Shown: positions 7,838-16,004 of the stretch, one piece after another
Layout of the letters: the number at the start of each line of letters is the position of its first letter
Numbering within the stretch: position 1 is the first letter of the stretch
Assembly: GCA_965601935.1 (NCBI GenBank)
Contig: CBFCWZ010000001.1
Location: 1-35,502 of the forward strand
Direction of reading: 5' to 3'
DNA length: 35,502 nt
Source of the DNA: an uncultured Ilumatobacteraceae bacterium
GTDB taxonomy: Bacteria; Actinomycetota; Acidimicrobiia; Acidimicrobiales; Ilumatobacteraceae
Program-made: the position numbers and the translations under genes
Notes under the pieces: model-generated
What the model saw: the letters and a program-made list of their open reading frames with translations, nothing else
The model's database searches: none
What the model was told of the DNA's origin: nothing

Positions 7838-9172
7838 GTGACGGTCGTCATCGACCTCGCCGCCGGGGAGATGCGCGTCGCCGGTTCGGTGTTGGGTGGC
7901 GTGCGTGACGCCTCCGAGCACGGCCTGGGTGCGTTGGCCGTCGGCGACCAGGGCGTCGTCGCACCGGTCACGTTCGGGCAACGAGCCCAGCTCTGCGCAC
8001 TGCACCCTGAGCCGCGTGCCCTCGCCACCGCGCTCCTCGCCACCGCCGCCGTCGGCCGCCCGCTCGGCGACCACGACGACCGCGTCCTGCTGGAGGTTCT
8101 CGCCCTGCGGCTGGCGGGAGCGCGTTCGGAGGCCGATCGGGCCGGTTTCGGCGACGTGGCCGTCACGATGAACAGGGTGTTCGGCTGGCCGGCGTCCGAA
8201 CTCCTCACCGCGCCGGCTCACCTCGTCGACGAACTCGCGGCCAGCGTCCCGGATGACAACGTCCCGTCCACGCCATCGGCCGATGGAGGCGAACGCTCCG
8301 GATGGGTCCGCTACGAGTTGCGTGGCGGCGCCGACGACGAGGACCCGGATGCCGCAGAGCCGGCTGACGCGCTCGACGAACTCCGTGACCTCCTCGCCGG
8401 CGATCTCCTGCGTCGCGGTCGCTCCCCCCTGAGCAGGAGCCTCCGGACCACGTTGCAGCAGGCCGGGGATGCGACCGCTCCCCTTGACCCGACCGAGCCG
8501 AGTGGTGCGACCGAAGCGCGTGGTGCGACCGAGCCGTCTGGCACGAGCGGGCACACGGACGAACCGCCGGCCACCTCGCCGAAGGGCACCGTCACGACCT
8601 CGTCCGGAACCAGGTCGGAGACCGCGCCGACCACGGCGGACGAGCCCCGTCGGCGCGCGCCGAGGAGTGTGCACGACACCGGCGAGGCGGCTGGGTTCGT
8701 CGAGAACGCGGTGAGCGACCCGCAAGTGAACGGTGCTCACGGGGTCGGCGGCCGCGGCGACCTCGAGTCGCCCGCCACCCCAGCAGCCGTCCCGCCCGAC
8801 CCCGCGCCCTCACCCGGTGGCTGGCCGATCGGTGAGGTGACGGAGCAGGCGGCCACCCCGGCCGACGACCGAGCGGAGCCCGCGCCGCGGTCGTCGAGCG
8901 TGCAGCCCGGCCACTCGTCCCGACGAGTGCCGTCGCGAACACAACCGCCGCTCGACACCTCGCCTCCCGACACCCACCGGCCCGACGTCGGGACCCGATC
9001 CGCCCTCGTCGACTCGGCGTCGTCGGTCGCTCCGGTCGACGAGCTGTCGCTCGGGACGTCGGCGCATCTCGGGCCCGCGGCACGGGTCCGCCCGACACTC
9101 GACGACCTCACGGAGGAACTGGCCGTCGCCCTCGACGACGAGGCCGACCTGCGAGGGCTGCAGCGATGGTAG
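7838..9172 (+). CDS. Hypothetical protein with a tail-assembly-chaperone-like N-domain and a long P/S/T/R-rich disordered region (tape-measure position)
   Basis: GTG at 7838 after GGAG. The N-terminal ~140 aa ends in FGWPASELLTAPAHLVDEL, reminiscent of the LGWxPxEFWxxTPxEL motif of GTA/Mu-type tail assembly chaperones. About 270 aa of low-complexity PST-rich sequence follow, then an acidic C-terminus LDDLTEELAVALDDEADLRGLQRW. It lies between the tube gene and the hub genes. Confidence 0.55.
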   Translation: MTVVIDLAAGEMRVAGSVLGGVRDASEHGLGALAVGDQGVVAPVTFGQRAQLCALHPEPRALATALLATAAVGRPLGDHDDRVLLEVLALRLAGARSEADRAGFGDVAVTMNRVFGWPASELLTAPAHLVDELAASVPDDNVPSTPSADGGERSGWVRYELRGGADDEDPDAAEPADALDELRDLLAGDLLRRGRSPLSRSLRTTLQQAGDATAPLDPTEPSGATEARGATEPSGTSGHTDEPPATSPKGTVTTSSGTRSETAPTTADEPRRRAPRSVHDTGEAAGFVENAVSDPQVNGAHGVGGRGDLESPATPAAVPPDPAPSPGGWPIGEVTEQAATPADDRAEPAPRSSSVQPGHSSRRVPSRTQPPLDTSPPDTHRPDVGTRSALVDSASSVAPVDELSLGTSAHLGPAARVRPTLDDLTEELAVALDDEADLRGLQRW

Positions 9173-9837
9173 CGAGCGACTCGATGCCGATCGTCGGCGA
9201 CATCACGCTGAGCGCGGTCCAGCAGATCGACCACGTCGTCGACGCCGGATTCGTGACCGCTCCCGTCCCGGGTCTCGACGGCGACCCGGTCCAGCGAGCC
9301 GGCCGTGGCTCCCACGCCATCCGGATCCGCGGTGTGTTGCGGGGCGACACCGCGCTGGACGATCTCGCCGCTCTCCAGACCGCCGCCGCGGACGGCGAGG
9401 AGGTCTCGTTCGCGGCGGACATCACCACTGCGCTCGAGCTCCAGAAGGTGGTTCTCACCGACCTCCGGGTCCGGGAGGTGGCCGGGTTCGAGCAGATGGT
9501 TTCCTACGAGCTCGACCTCCTGGAGAGCCCACCGCTCCCCCCACCGGCCGAAGTGAGTGGCTTCGGTGGCCTCGACGGCTTCGGTCTCGGCGACCTCGGA
9601 TTCGACACCGACATCATGGGCGACCTGGCCGGCCTCGCCGACGACCTCTCCGGGGCCGTCGACGCCGTGATGGATGCCGCCGACCAGCTCCAGGCCCTCG
9701 CCTCACTCGCCTCGATCGACGTCGGCGGCCCACTGGCGCCGTTGGGCGAATCGGTCGGAGCGGCCTCCGACCTCGCGGCGGGGTTCGGATCGATCGCCTC
9801 GTCCTTGTCCGGACTGCTCGGAGGGGGCGACCCATGA
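9166..9837 (+). CDS. Baseplate hub-associated protein (Mu gp43 / DNA-circulation-N-like position) with a G/D/L-rich tail
   Basis: ATG at 9166 overlaps the previous stop (alternative ATG at 9184). The N-domain is ...GRGSHAIRIRGVLRGDTALDDLAALQTAAADGEEVSFAAD...VVLTDLRVREVAG...YELDLLES. The low-complexity tail is SGFGGLDGFGLGDLGFDTDIMGDLAGLADDL... It sits immediately upstream of the gpD-like hub, as in Mu. Confidence 0.45.
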   Translation: MVASDSMPIVGDITLSAVQQIDHVVDAGFVTAPVPGLDGDPVQRAGRGSHAIRIRGVLRGDTALDDLAALQTAAADGEEVSFAADITTALELQKVVLTDLRVREVAGFEQMVSYELDLLESPPLPPPAEVSGFGGLDGFGLGDLGFDTDIMGDLAGLADDLSGAVDAVMDAADQLQALASLASIDVGGPLAPLGESVGAASDLAAGFGSIASSLSGLLGGGDP

Positions 9838-10832
9838 CTCTCGTCTTCGGCGCCGTCGCCACCCTCGGGTCGTTGCGCTACGACACGCACGTGACGACCG
9901 CCCGTGTGTCGCTCGGTCTCGCCCCACGGGCGGGATCGACCCGCGTCACCCTCTCTCCACACGTGCGCGTCGACGCCGAGCCGGGCGACGACGCATCACT
10001 CCTGCTCCACGGGGAGCGCGCCGACGTCGAGACCTTCAGCGGCGTCGTCGTGGCGGTCGACCGCGACCTCGACCGCACCACCGTCACCCTCGTCGACGCG
10101 CTCGGCAGGCTCGCCCGATCGCGGCCCGGAACCACATTCGAGCAGCAGACCGCGGCGGCGATCATCGCCGCCCTGGCCGACGAGGAGGGGATCCCGACCG
10201 GTTCGATCGAGGCCGACACGGAGCTGCTCTCGTACGTCGCCGACCAGGGGCGGACCGCGCTGGAGCACACCGCCCGTCTCGCCGGATGGGCCGGCGCATG
10301 GGCGTCGAGCGCTCCCGATGGCGGGCTCACCGTGGCCCCCCTGCCCACGGGTCCTGCCGAACGGGCCCTTCGCTACGGCCGCGAGATCGCCGCGCTGCGG
10401 GTGCGTCGCCGGGAGACCGACGCCGACGTCGTCTGGGCCGGGTCGGGCCCGGCCGGGAACGTCGCGGCGCCCGACGCCCACGTCCACACCACCACCGTCC
10501 TGCCCGACGGGGCGCCGGGCCCCGCCCCACGGACGCGACGCGTCCCGGCGCCCGCCCTGCGCACACCGGCGGCAGCCACCGACGCAATCGCGGCAGCAGC
10601 CACCCGCAACTCCGGGGCCCGGCTCGTCGCGACCTGCTGGCTCCAGCCCGAGATCCGACCGGGGGCCTCGATCGAGATCGCCGATGCCCCCCAGCCCGAC
10701 TCGCTCGGACCCTGGTTCGTCACGTCGGTCACCCACCAACTCGGCCCGGGCCCACGTGGCGTCACCCGGATCGAGGCCGATCGTCTCGACCAGGGCGGCG
10801 GGCTGCTCGACGACCTCGGAGGGCTCCTGTGA
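9834..10832 (+). CDS. Phage late control gene D-like baseplate hub protein
   Basis: ATGA start/stop overlap at 9834-9837. It is 332 aa with gpD-like features, including TTFEQQTAAAIIAALADEEGIP..., LSYVADQGRTALEHTARLAGWAG and the C-terminal WFVTSVTHQLGPGPRGVTRIEA. It is followed directly by the gpV-like spike. Confidence 0.7.
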   Translation: MTLVFGAVATLGSLRYDTHVTTARVSLGLAPRAGSTRVTLSPHVRVDAEPGDDASLLLHGERADVETFSGVVVAVDRDLDRTTVTLVDALGRLARSRPGTTFEQQTAAAIIAALADEEGIPTGSIEADTELLSYVADQGRTALEHTARLAGWAGAWASSAPDGGLTVAPLPTGPAERALRYGREIAALRVRRRETDADVVWAGSGPAGNVAAPDAHVHTTTVLPDGAPGPAPRTRRVPAPALRTPAAATDAIAAAATRNSGARLVATCWLQPEIRPGASIEIADAPQPDSLGPWFVTSVTHQLGPGPRGVTRIEADRLDQGGGLLDDLGGLL

Positions 10833-11488
10833 GCGCCACCCTCTTCGACTCGGTGGCGCGCATCGCCCGCCACGAGGCGTCAGCCCGCCCGACGGTGTCG
10901 ATCGGCGTCGTCGTCGACACGTTCGACGGCAGCGGTGCTCCCGCCGACCATGCCGTCAGCGTCGAACTGCGCGAAGCGGGCATCGTGCTGCCGCGGGTTC
11001 CGCTCGCAGTCGGCGCACTCGGTTTCGCCGCGCTCCCGGCACCCGGCGACCTCGTGGTCGTCGCCTTCGCCGACGGCGACCATCACGCACCGGTCGTGGT
11101 CGGCCGGCTCTACAACTCCGATCTCGAGCCACCCCCACACGGTGAGGACGAGGTCGTCCTGCACCTGCCACCAGGTGCCTCGACACCGGAGGTGGCGGCC
11201 ACCATCCGGCCGACAGAGCCGACCGTCCGGCTCCAGGTCGGTGCCAATGTCGAGATCGAGGTGGCCGGGGACGCGATCCGCCTGACCGCAGGGGACGCGA
11301 CGGCTCTGGTCGAGGCAACCGGTGGGGGCCGCACGGAACTCACCGTCGGAGACGCCACCCTCGCCATCAGCGGCCGCGGTGACATCGAGATCAGCACCAG
11401 CGGGAAGTTCACGGTGCAGGCCACCGAGGTCGACATCCAGGGTTCCGCATCGGCAACCGTCACTGCGCCACAGGTGAAGGTGAACTGA
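10829..11488 (+). CDS. Baseplate spike protein (gpV / gp5-OB-fold, VgrG-like C-terminal beta-helix)
   Basis: GTGA overlap at 10829-10832. The OB-fold signature is SIGVVVDTFDGSG...VSVELREAGIVLPRVPLAV...PAPGDLVVVAFADGDHHAPVVVGRLYN. Repetitive beta-helix-like segments follow: VRLQVGANVEIEVAGDAIRLTAGDATALVEA...LTVGDATLAISGRGDIEISTSGKFTVQATEVDIQGSAS. Only the last 219 codons of track ORF 9674-11488 are real. Confidence 0.8.
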   Translation: MSATLFDSVARIARHEASARPTVSIGVVVDTFDGSGAPADHAVSVELREAGIVLPRVPLAVGALGFAALPAPGDLVVVAFADGDHHAPVVVGRLYNSDLEPPPHGEDEVVLHLPPGASTPEVAATIRPTEPTVRLQVGANVEIEVAGDAIRLTAGDATALVEATGGGRTELTVGDATLAISGRGDIEISTSGKFTVQATEVDIQGSASATVTAPQVKVN

Positions 11489-11889
11489 TGGGAGCACCCG
11501 CTGCCAACGGTTCCTCGATGGTCATCGCCACCGACATCCACATCGTGTTGGTGCCGTCCCCCGGCGGGCCCATCCCGATCCCACTCCCCCACCCGTTCCT
11601 GGGGCCGATCAGCGCGGCGCTGGTCCCCACCGTCCTGATCGGCGGTCAACCGGCGGCAACGGTCGGTTCGATGGCGAGCAACCAGGTACCGCACCTCCCG
11701 ACACCCCCTGGCATCGCGCTCCAACGGCCCCCGACCAACCAGGCGACGGTGCAGGTCGGCAGCGCCTCGGTCCTCATCGGAGGACAGCCCGCCGCCCGCA
11801 ACGGTGACACCGCCACGACCTGCAACGACCCGGCCGATGCGCCCGTCGGCACCGTGATCGCCCCGACTCCGACAGTGATGTTCGGATGA
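11488..11889 (+). CDS. PAAR-domain spike tip protein
   Basis: TGATG overlap. It is 133 aa with two PAAR-type repeats, VLIGGQPAATVGS and VLIGGQPAARNGDTATTCN. It lies immediately after the spike gene. Confidence 0.85.
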   Translation: MGAPAANGSSMVIATDIHIVLVPSPGGPIPIPLPHPFLGPISAALVPTVLIGGQPAATVGSMASNQVPHLPTPPGIALQRPPTNQATVQVGSASVLIGGQPAARNGDTATTCNDPADAPVGTVIAPTPTVMFG

Positions 11890-12422
11890 GCGACGTCGAC
11901 CTGGGCCGCGACCTCCGGGTGCTACGCGGGCCACCCGGGTTGGGCGCGCACGATGCCGCGCTGCTCGACCTCCGGCCGCGGCCGCGTCCCACACAGCAAC
12001 CGCGGCAGCCCCGATCGGCGCGGCGACAACCCACCGGCGCGTCCGAGCAGGGCTGGGCGCCCGAACCGCCGGGTGCCGGGGAGGTCGTCGACCTCGAGGT
12101 GATCGAGGGCCGGGAGAACCTGGCCCAGTCACTGGTGCTGCGCCTGCTCACCCCGCTCGGTTCGCTGGCCGACCTGGGCCATGCCGGCTATGGGTCGCGG
12201 CTGGGCGAGCTGATCGGACGCCGCAAGACCGAGTCGTTGCGCGGCCTGTGCCGGGCATTCATCCTCGAGGCACTGGAACGCGAGCCGCGTATCGCCCCCC
12301 GGGCCGTGTCGATCAGGTTCGACCTGCAACGAGAGACGTCGTCGTCGTTCGTGGTGGAGGTCGCGATTCGCCCGGTCGACGGCGGTGAGCCGATCACCGT
12401 GGGCGTGGAGGTGCCGCTGTGA
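11886..12422 (+). CDS. gp25/GPW-like baseplate wedge protein
   Basis: ATGA overlap. The core EGRENLAQSLVLRLLTPLGSLADLGHAGYGSRLGELIG...LRGLCRAFILEALEREPRI... fits the gp25-like lysozyme-fold family. An unusual ~70-aa R/P/Q-rich N-terminal extension precedes it. Confidence 0.8.
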   Translation: MSDVDLGRDLRVLRGPPGLGAHDAALLDLRPRPRPTQQPRQPRSARRQPTGASEQGWAPEPPGAGEVVDLEVIEGRENLAQSLVLRLLTPLGSLADLGHAGYGSRLGELIGRRKTESLRGLCRAFILEALEREPRIAPRAVSIRFDLQRETSSSFVVEVAIRPVDGGEPITVGVEVPL

Positions 12423-14131
12423 GCTTCACCCCGCGCGCCTATCCCGACATCGTGCGCGATGTTCTGACCACACTCACCGGCGGCACGGTCCGTGAGCAGA
12501 CGACGGCACCGGTCGAGGGGCCGATCGTCCTCGACCGCCTCGCCGACCGCCCGGTCCGACGTGTCTCCCACCTCGAGGGCGTGACCCTCGTCGGCGACAC
12601 AGAAGTGGCGGTCCGGTTCACCGACGCCGACTTCGAGCTCGTCGACACCGACGGCACCGGCACCTTCGACGCGATCTCGTTCCGGGACACGGGTCGGTCA
12701 CCGGTGCCGGGGAGCCGGCTCACCGTGAACTACTACCCGGTGGAGACGCGTCCCGCTCCGGTCACCGACCTGAACGTCGGGTCCGTCGTCCGCACCCTCC
12801 TCGAGTCGGTTGCCCGCGAGCTCGCGCTCGAGGAGCAGTACCTGGAGCGGATCTACCGCTCGGCCTTCCTCGAGACGGCGGAGGGCGGCTCACTCGACCG
12901 TGTCGCCGCCCTCGTCGGCGAGACGCGACTCCCGGCGGGTCATCCACTCGTCCGCGTCCGCTTCGCGCGCAACGCCACGACCGGCGGTCGCATCACCGTG
13001 CCGGCCGGAACGATCGTCACCGACGGTGACGGGAACCGCTTCCGCACCTCGGCCGTGCTGGTCCTCGAGCCGGGCGAGGCGTCCCGCGAGATCGTGGCCG
13101 TGGGTGTCACGAAGGAGACGGCGCCGGTCGCTGCGGGTGCGATCGACCGTCTGGAGGTGCTCGTCGCCGGTGTCTCGGCGGTCACGAACCCGGAGCCTGC
13201 CGCCCGGGCGGCAGCACCGGAGACCGACGACGCGTTCCGGCGGCGAACCCGCGGTGCGCTGCACGGAGTGGTCCGGGGAACGCTCGATGCGCTCCGCTAC
13301 GGCGTCCTCGGCGTGCCCGGCGTGAAGGACGTCACCCTCGTCGAGTTCCCGAACGGGGTACCCGGCGAGGTCCGCATCGATGTCGCCTACGACCAGCCGG
13401 GCAACACCGGGGCCGAGCAGGCGGTCGCCGAACGGATCGCCCAGCTCCGCCCGGCCGGGATCCGGGTGCTCTCCGCCGCCGCGGCCCATCGACGCGTCCA
13501 CACCACCATCGCCCTCGTACTCACCGGCACGGGCGTCTCCGGTGCCGAACTCGGTGAGCTCGAGGACGGGGTCGAGGAACGGGTCGCGGCCGGTCTCGCC
13601 GCCATCGCGCCGGGTGGCACCATCCGATCGAACCGGCTCGTCGCCACAGCCCTGGAGGACGCTCGGATCGCCGACGTGGCGATCACCTTCGCCGACGACG
13701 GCGGAAACCCGATCGAGTCGCTGACCCTCGCCGAGGGCGAGGTGCTCGAGGTCGTCCGTCCGTTCTCCTTCCCCCCGCCCGAGTCCGAGAGCGTCTCCGA
13801 GGACACGGTCCTCACCACAGCCGACGTCGATGCCCTCCTTCCCGTCACGCCCGAGATCGGGGTCACGATGGCCGAGGTGCAGTCGGCGGTCGAGTTGGCA
13901 TTCACGTCCCATCTCGGCTCACGTTCGCCCACCGCACCGCTGACCCTCGACGGGGTTGCCACCGCCATCCGCGACGACTCGCGCTTCGCGCTCGATCGCG
14001 CAGCCTCCACGGTCACCGTCGAGCACCAGGGCCGCTTCGTCCAGCTGATCGACGACGGTGGCAGCTACGCACCGGGAAGCGGCGAGACCCTGCGCCTCCG
14101 CACCCTCGACGTGATCGAGGCAACCTCGTGA
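12419..14131 (+). CDS. Baseplate J-like (gp6/gpJ) wedge protein
   Basis: GTGA overlap. It is 570 aa. Baseplate_J-like stretches include VGSVVRTLLESVARELA, ETAEGGSLDRVAALVGETRLPAGHPLVRVRFARN...GRITVPAGTIVTD, VSAVTNPEPA...ETDDAFRRRTRGAL and LGVPGVKDVTLVEFPNGVPGEVRIDV. Confidence 0.75.
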   Translation: MSFTPRAYPDIVRDVLTTLTGGTVREQTTAPVEGPIVLDRLADRPVRRVSHLEGVTLVGDTEVAVRFTDADFELVDTDGTGTFDAISFRDTGRSPVPGSRLTVNYYPVETRPAPVTDLNVGSVVRTLLESVARELALEEQYLERIYRSAFLETAEGGSLDRVAALVGETRLPAGHPLVRVRFARNATTGGRITVPAGTIVTDGDGNRFRTSAVLVLEPGEASREIVAVGVTKETAPVAAGAIDRLEVLVAGVSAVTNPEPAARAAAPETDDAFRRRTRGALHGVVRGTLDALRYGVLGVPGVKDVTLVEFPNGVPGEVRIDVAYDQPGNTGAEQAVAERIAQLRPAGIRVLSAAAAHRRVHTTIALVLTGTGVSGAELGELEDGVEERVAAGLAAIAPGGTIRSNRLVATALEDARIADVAITFADDGGNPIESLTLAEGEVLEVVRPFSFPPPESESVSEDTVLTTADVDALLPVTPEIGVTMAEVQSAVELAFTSHLGSRSPTAPLTLDGVATAIRDDSRFALDRAASTVTVEHQGRFVQLIDDGGSYAPGSGETLRLRTLDVIEATS

Positions 14132-15432
14132 GTGACGGGGCCGAGGCAATGTCCGCACCACCGACGGAGCGAGCGCGCTCACTGGCGTCCCGACTGCCGC
14201 TCCTGTACCGCGACGGCGAGATCCTCAACTCGCTGCTCGACACGGTCGGGCTCCAGCACGAGATCGTCGACGAGAACGCACGTCGTGTGCAGCGCCGCTT
14301 CTGGTTCGACACCGCCCCCGACTTCGACGACGCCGCCAAGCTCGGAGCGCTGCTCGACATCGAGCCCGAGCCCTGGCAGGAACTCGGCGAGTACAGGGCA
14401 TGGTTCCACGCCCTGCGGACCGCCCGTCTCCGTCGCGGTGCGGTCACGGTCGCCGCGCTGCGCGGTTTCGTCGAGGACTACGCCGACGCCTTCGAGACCG
14501 CCGACGACATCGAACTGCTGCCGGATTTCGACACCTGGAACGACGCACCCGTGACCATCGGGCACGCATTCGTCGAGAATCCCGTTCGCGCCCACCGCGC
14601 CGAGCTCGGCGGGCCGACCGGACCGTCGCCGCTCCACCGGCAGACGATCCGCAACGGAGGCCTCGAGGCCACCCCGCTCCACCTGCTGGCCACCGGCACG
14701 GCGAGCGGACCCGAGTACCTCCCTGTTGTCGTCAACGTGACGACGGGGACCGCGCTCGTGCATCACGGGGTCGTCGAGCCCGGACAGCGGCTCTGGATCC
14801 ACTCCCGCGACGACGGGCTCGTGGCCGATCTGGAGGGACGCGACGTGTCGGACCGGTTCCGCACTGTCACCCATGTGGCGCCGGGCGTCCCGTGGGAGGA
14901 CACCCAGACCGACACGGCCGCTCCGCTGATCCTTCGACCTGGCGACAACGAACTCTGGTTCCTCCCCGTCGCGCACTACGACGAACCGGGTCTCGACCGC
15001 GTCCTTCTCGGCCTCGCTGATCTCGACCTGGAACAAGGCCGGTGGAACGAGACCGGTTTCGACCAATCGTTGTTCTTCCAGGACCCTGCGCTCGTTCTCC
15101 AGCTGCTGTGGTCGGAGGCCACCCCCGCGAGCCTGCACGTCGACCTCGACGGTGGTGGACTGCTCAGCCCGGCGGGACGCCTCGACGAGGCCCTGGAGGA
15201 CCGCAGCCAGCTCGAGGCCTCGCTCGCACGGGGTGTCGCATCCCTGTCCGCCGCCGGCGTGGAGTCAGAGGTGCGGCTGCGTCCACACGCATCCAGCCAG
15301 CGCCAACGCGACCGCCTGCGACTCGTGCTTCCACTCATGCAGCACGAGGCGGGAACGGTCGGGATCGACCATCTCCCGGACGCAGGTGGCGTCTTCGGCG
15401 TCACCGATTTCAACGACAGCACGTACCGGTAG
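14128..15432 (+). CDS. Phage tail protein I-like (P2 gpI / Mu gp48 type) baseplate wedge protein
   Basis: GTGA overlap (alternative ATG at 14149). The N-terminus SLASRLPLLYRDGEILNSLLDTVGLQHEIVDENARRVQRRFWFDTAPDFDDAAKLGALLDI fits the LPxxYR...FDxxTAP...L pattern of the gpI-like tail protein domain. It lies directly after baseplate J. Confidence 0.6.
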   Translation: MSDGAEAMSAPPTERARSLASRLPLLYRDGEILNSLLDTVGLQHEIVDENARRVQRRFWFDTAPDFDDAAKLGALLDIEPEPWQELGEYRAWFHALRTARLRRGAVTVAALRGFVEDYADAFETADDIELLPDFDTWNDAPVTIGHAFVENPVRAHRAELGGPTGPSPLHRQTIRNGGLEATPLHLLATGTASGPEYLPVVVNVTTGTALVHHGVVEPGQRLWIHSRDDGLVADLEGRDVSDRFRTVTHVAPGVPWEDTQTDTAAPLILRPGDNELWFLPVAHYDEPGLDRVLLGLADLDLEQGRWNETGFDQSLFFQDPALVLQLLWSEATPASLHVDLDGGGLLSPAGRLDEALEDRSQLEASLARGVASLSAAGVESEVRLRPHASSQRQRDRLRLVLPLMQHEAGTVGIDHLPDAGGVFGVTDFNDSTYR

Positions 15433-15445
15433 GCGAGGAGGAATC

Positions 15446-15949
15446 ATGCGCGGCAGACTTCACCTGGAGGTCCGACGGAGGACAGGTGCCCTCGTCGCGG
15501 AGCGGACGGCGCGGAACACGGTGCTCCGGAGCGGTGGCGGGCTCGTCGCCGGGTTGTTCACCGGTGGCGGCGGGAGCATCACCCACATGGGCGTCGGCAC
15601 CAGCGACGCCGACCCCGCCTCGGTCACCGTGACCGCACTGGCCAACGACGACGGCGCCGGCGGTCCAGGACTCGAGGGGGACGTCACGACACCCATCCCC
15701 GCTGACGCCTTCCTCGTCTCGGACGACGAGACCCACCAGCGCATGGTCGTGCGTGTCCGCGCCACTCTGCCGGAAACGGCGGCGATCGGTACCGTCCGCG
15801 AGGCCGGGCTGCTGTCGCGTCAGGCCGATGGCGACGTGCTCTACAACAGGGTCATCTTCGCTCCCATCGACAAGGGCCCGGATCACGATCTCACCCTGTT
15901 CTGGGAGGTCGAGTTCCCATATGGCGATCTGCACTGGTTGGTGCAGTGA
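15446..15949 (+). CDS. Stand-alone tail-fibre N-terminal (baseplate-attachment, P2 gpH/Mu S N-domain-like) protein
   Basis: ATG at 15446 after GAGGAGG. It is 167 aa. The pattern NTVLRSGGGLVAGLFTGGGGSITHMGVGTSDA...VTALAND...VRVRATLPETAAIGTVREAGLLS...GDVLYNRVIFAPIDKGPDHDLTLFWEVEF resembles the N-terminal 'tail-collar fibre' domain (NxxTxAGxxxxA...I.H.A.GdG...T.L..E...irE.GLf...G.L...). This was recognised by eye only. Confidence 0.45.
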   Translation: MRGRLHLEVRRRTGALVAERTARNTVLRSGGGLVAGLFTGGGGSITHMGVGTSDADPASVTVTALANDDGAGGPGLEGDVTTPIPADAFLVSDDETHQRMVVRVRATLPETAAIGTVREAGLLSRQADGDVLYNRVIFAPIDKGPDHDLTLFWEVEFPYGDLHWLVQ

Positions 15950-16004
15950 TGTCCTCCATCCAGCCGGCTGCGCCGGCACCGCTCCGATCCCCGAGGAGGG
16001 AACC

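Noticed and set aside
9674-10828. N-terminal 385 codons of track ORF 9674-11488
   Set aside because: An R/P/G-rich out-of-frame reading across the gp43-like and gpD-like genes. The real gpV-like CDS starts at the GTGA overlap at 10829.
15963-15977. GCCGGC-TGC-GCCGGC hairpin in the 55-nt gap before the 16005 gene
   Set aside because: The stem is 6 bp, built from two self-palindromic hexamers that are common in GC-rich DNA, and the loop is 3 nt. This is too weak to call a regulatory element.
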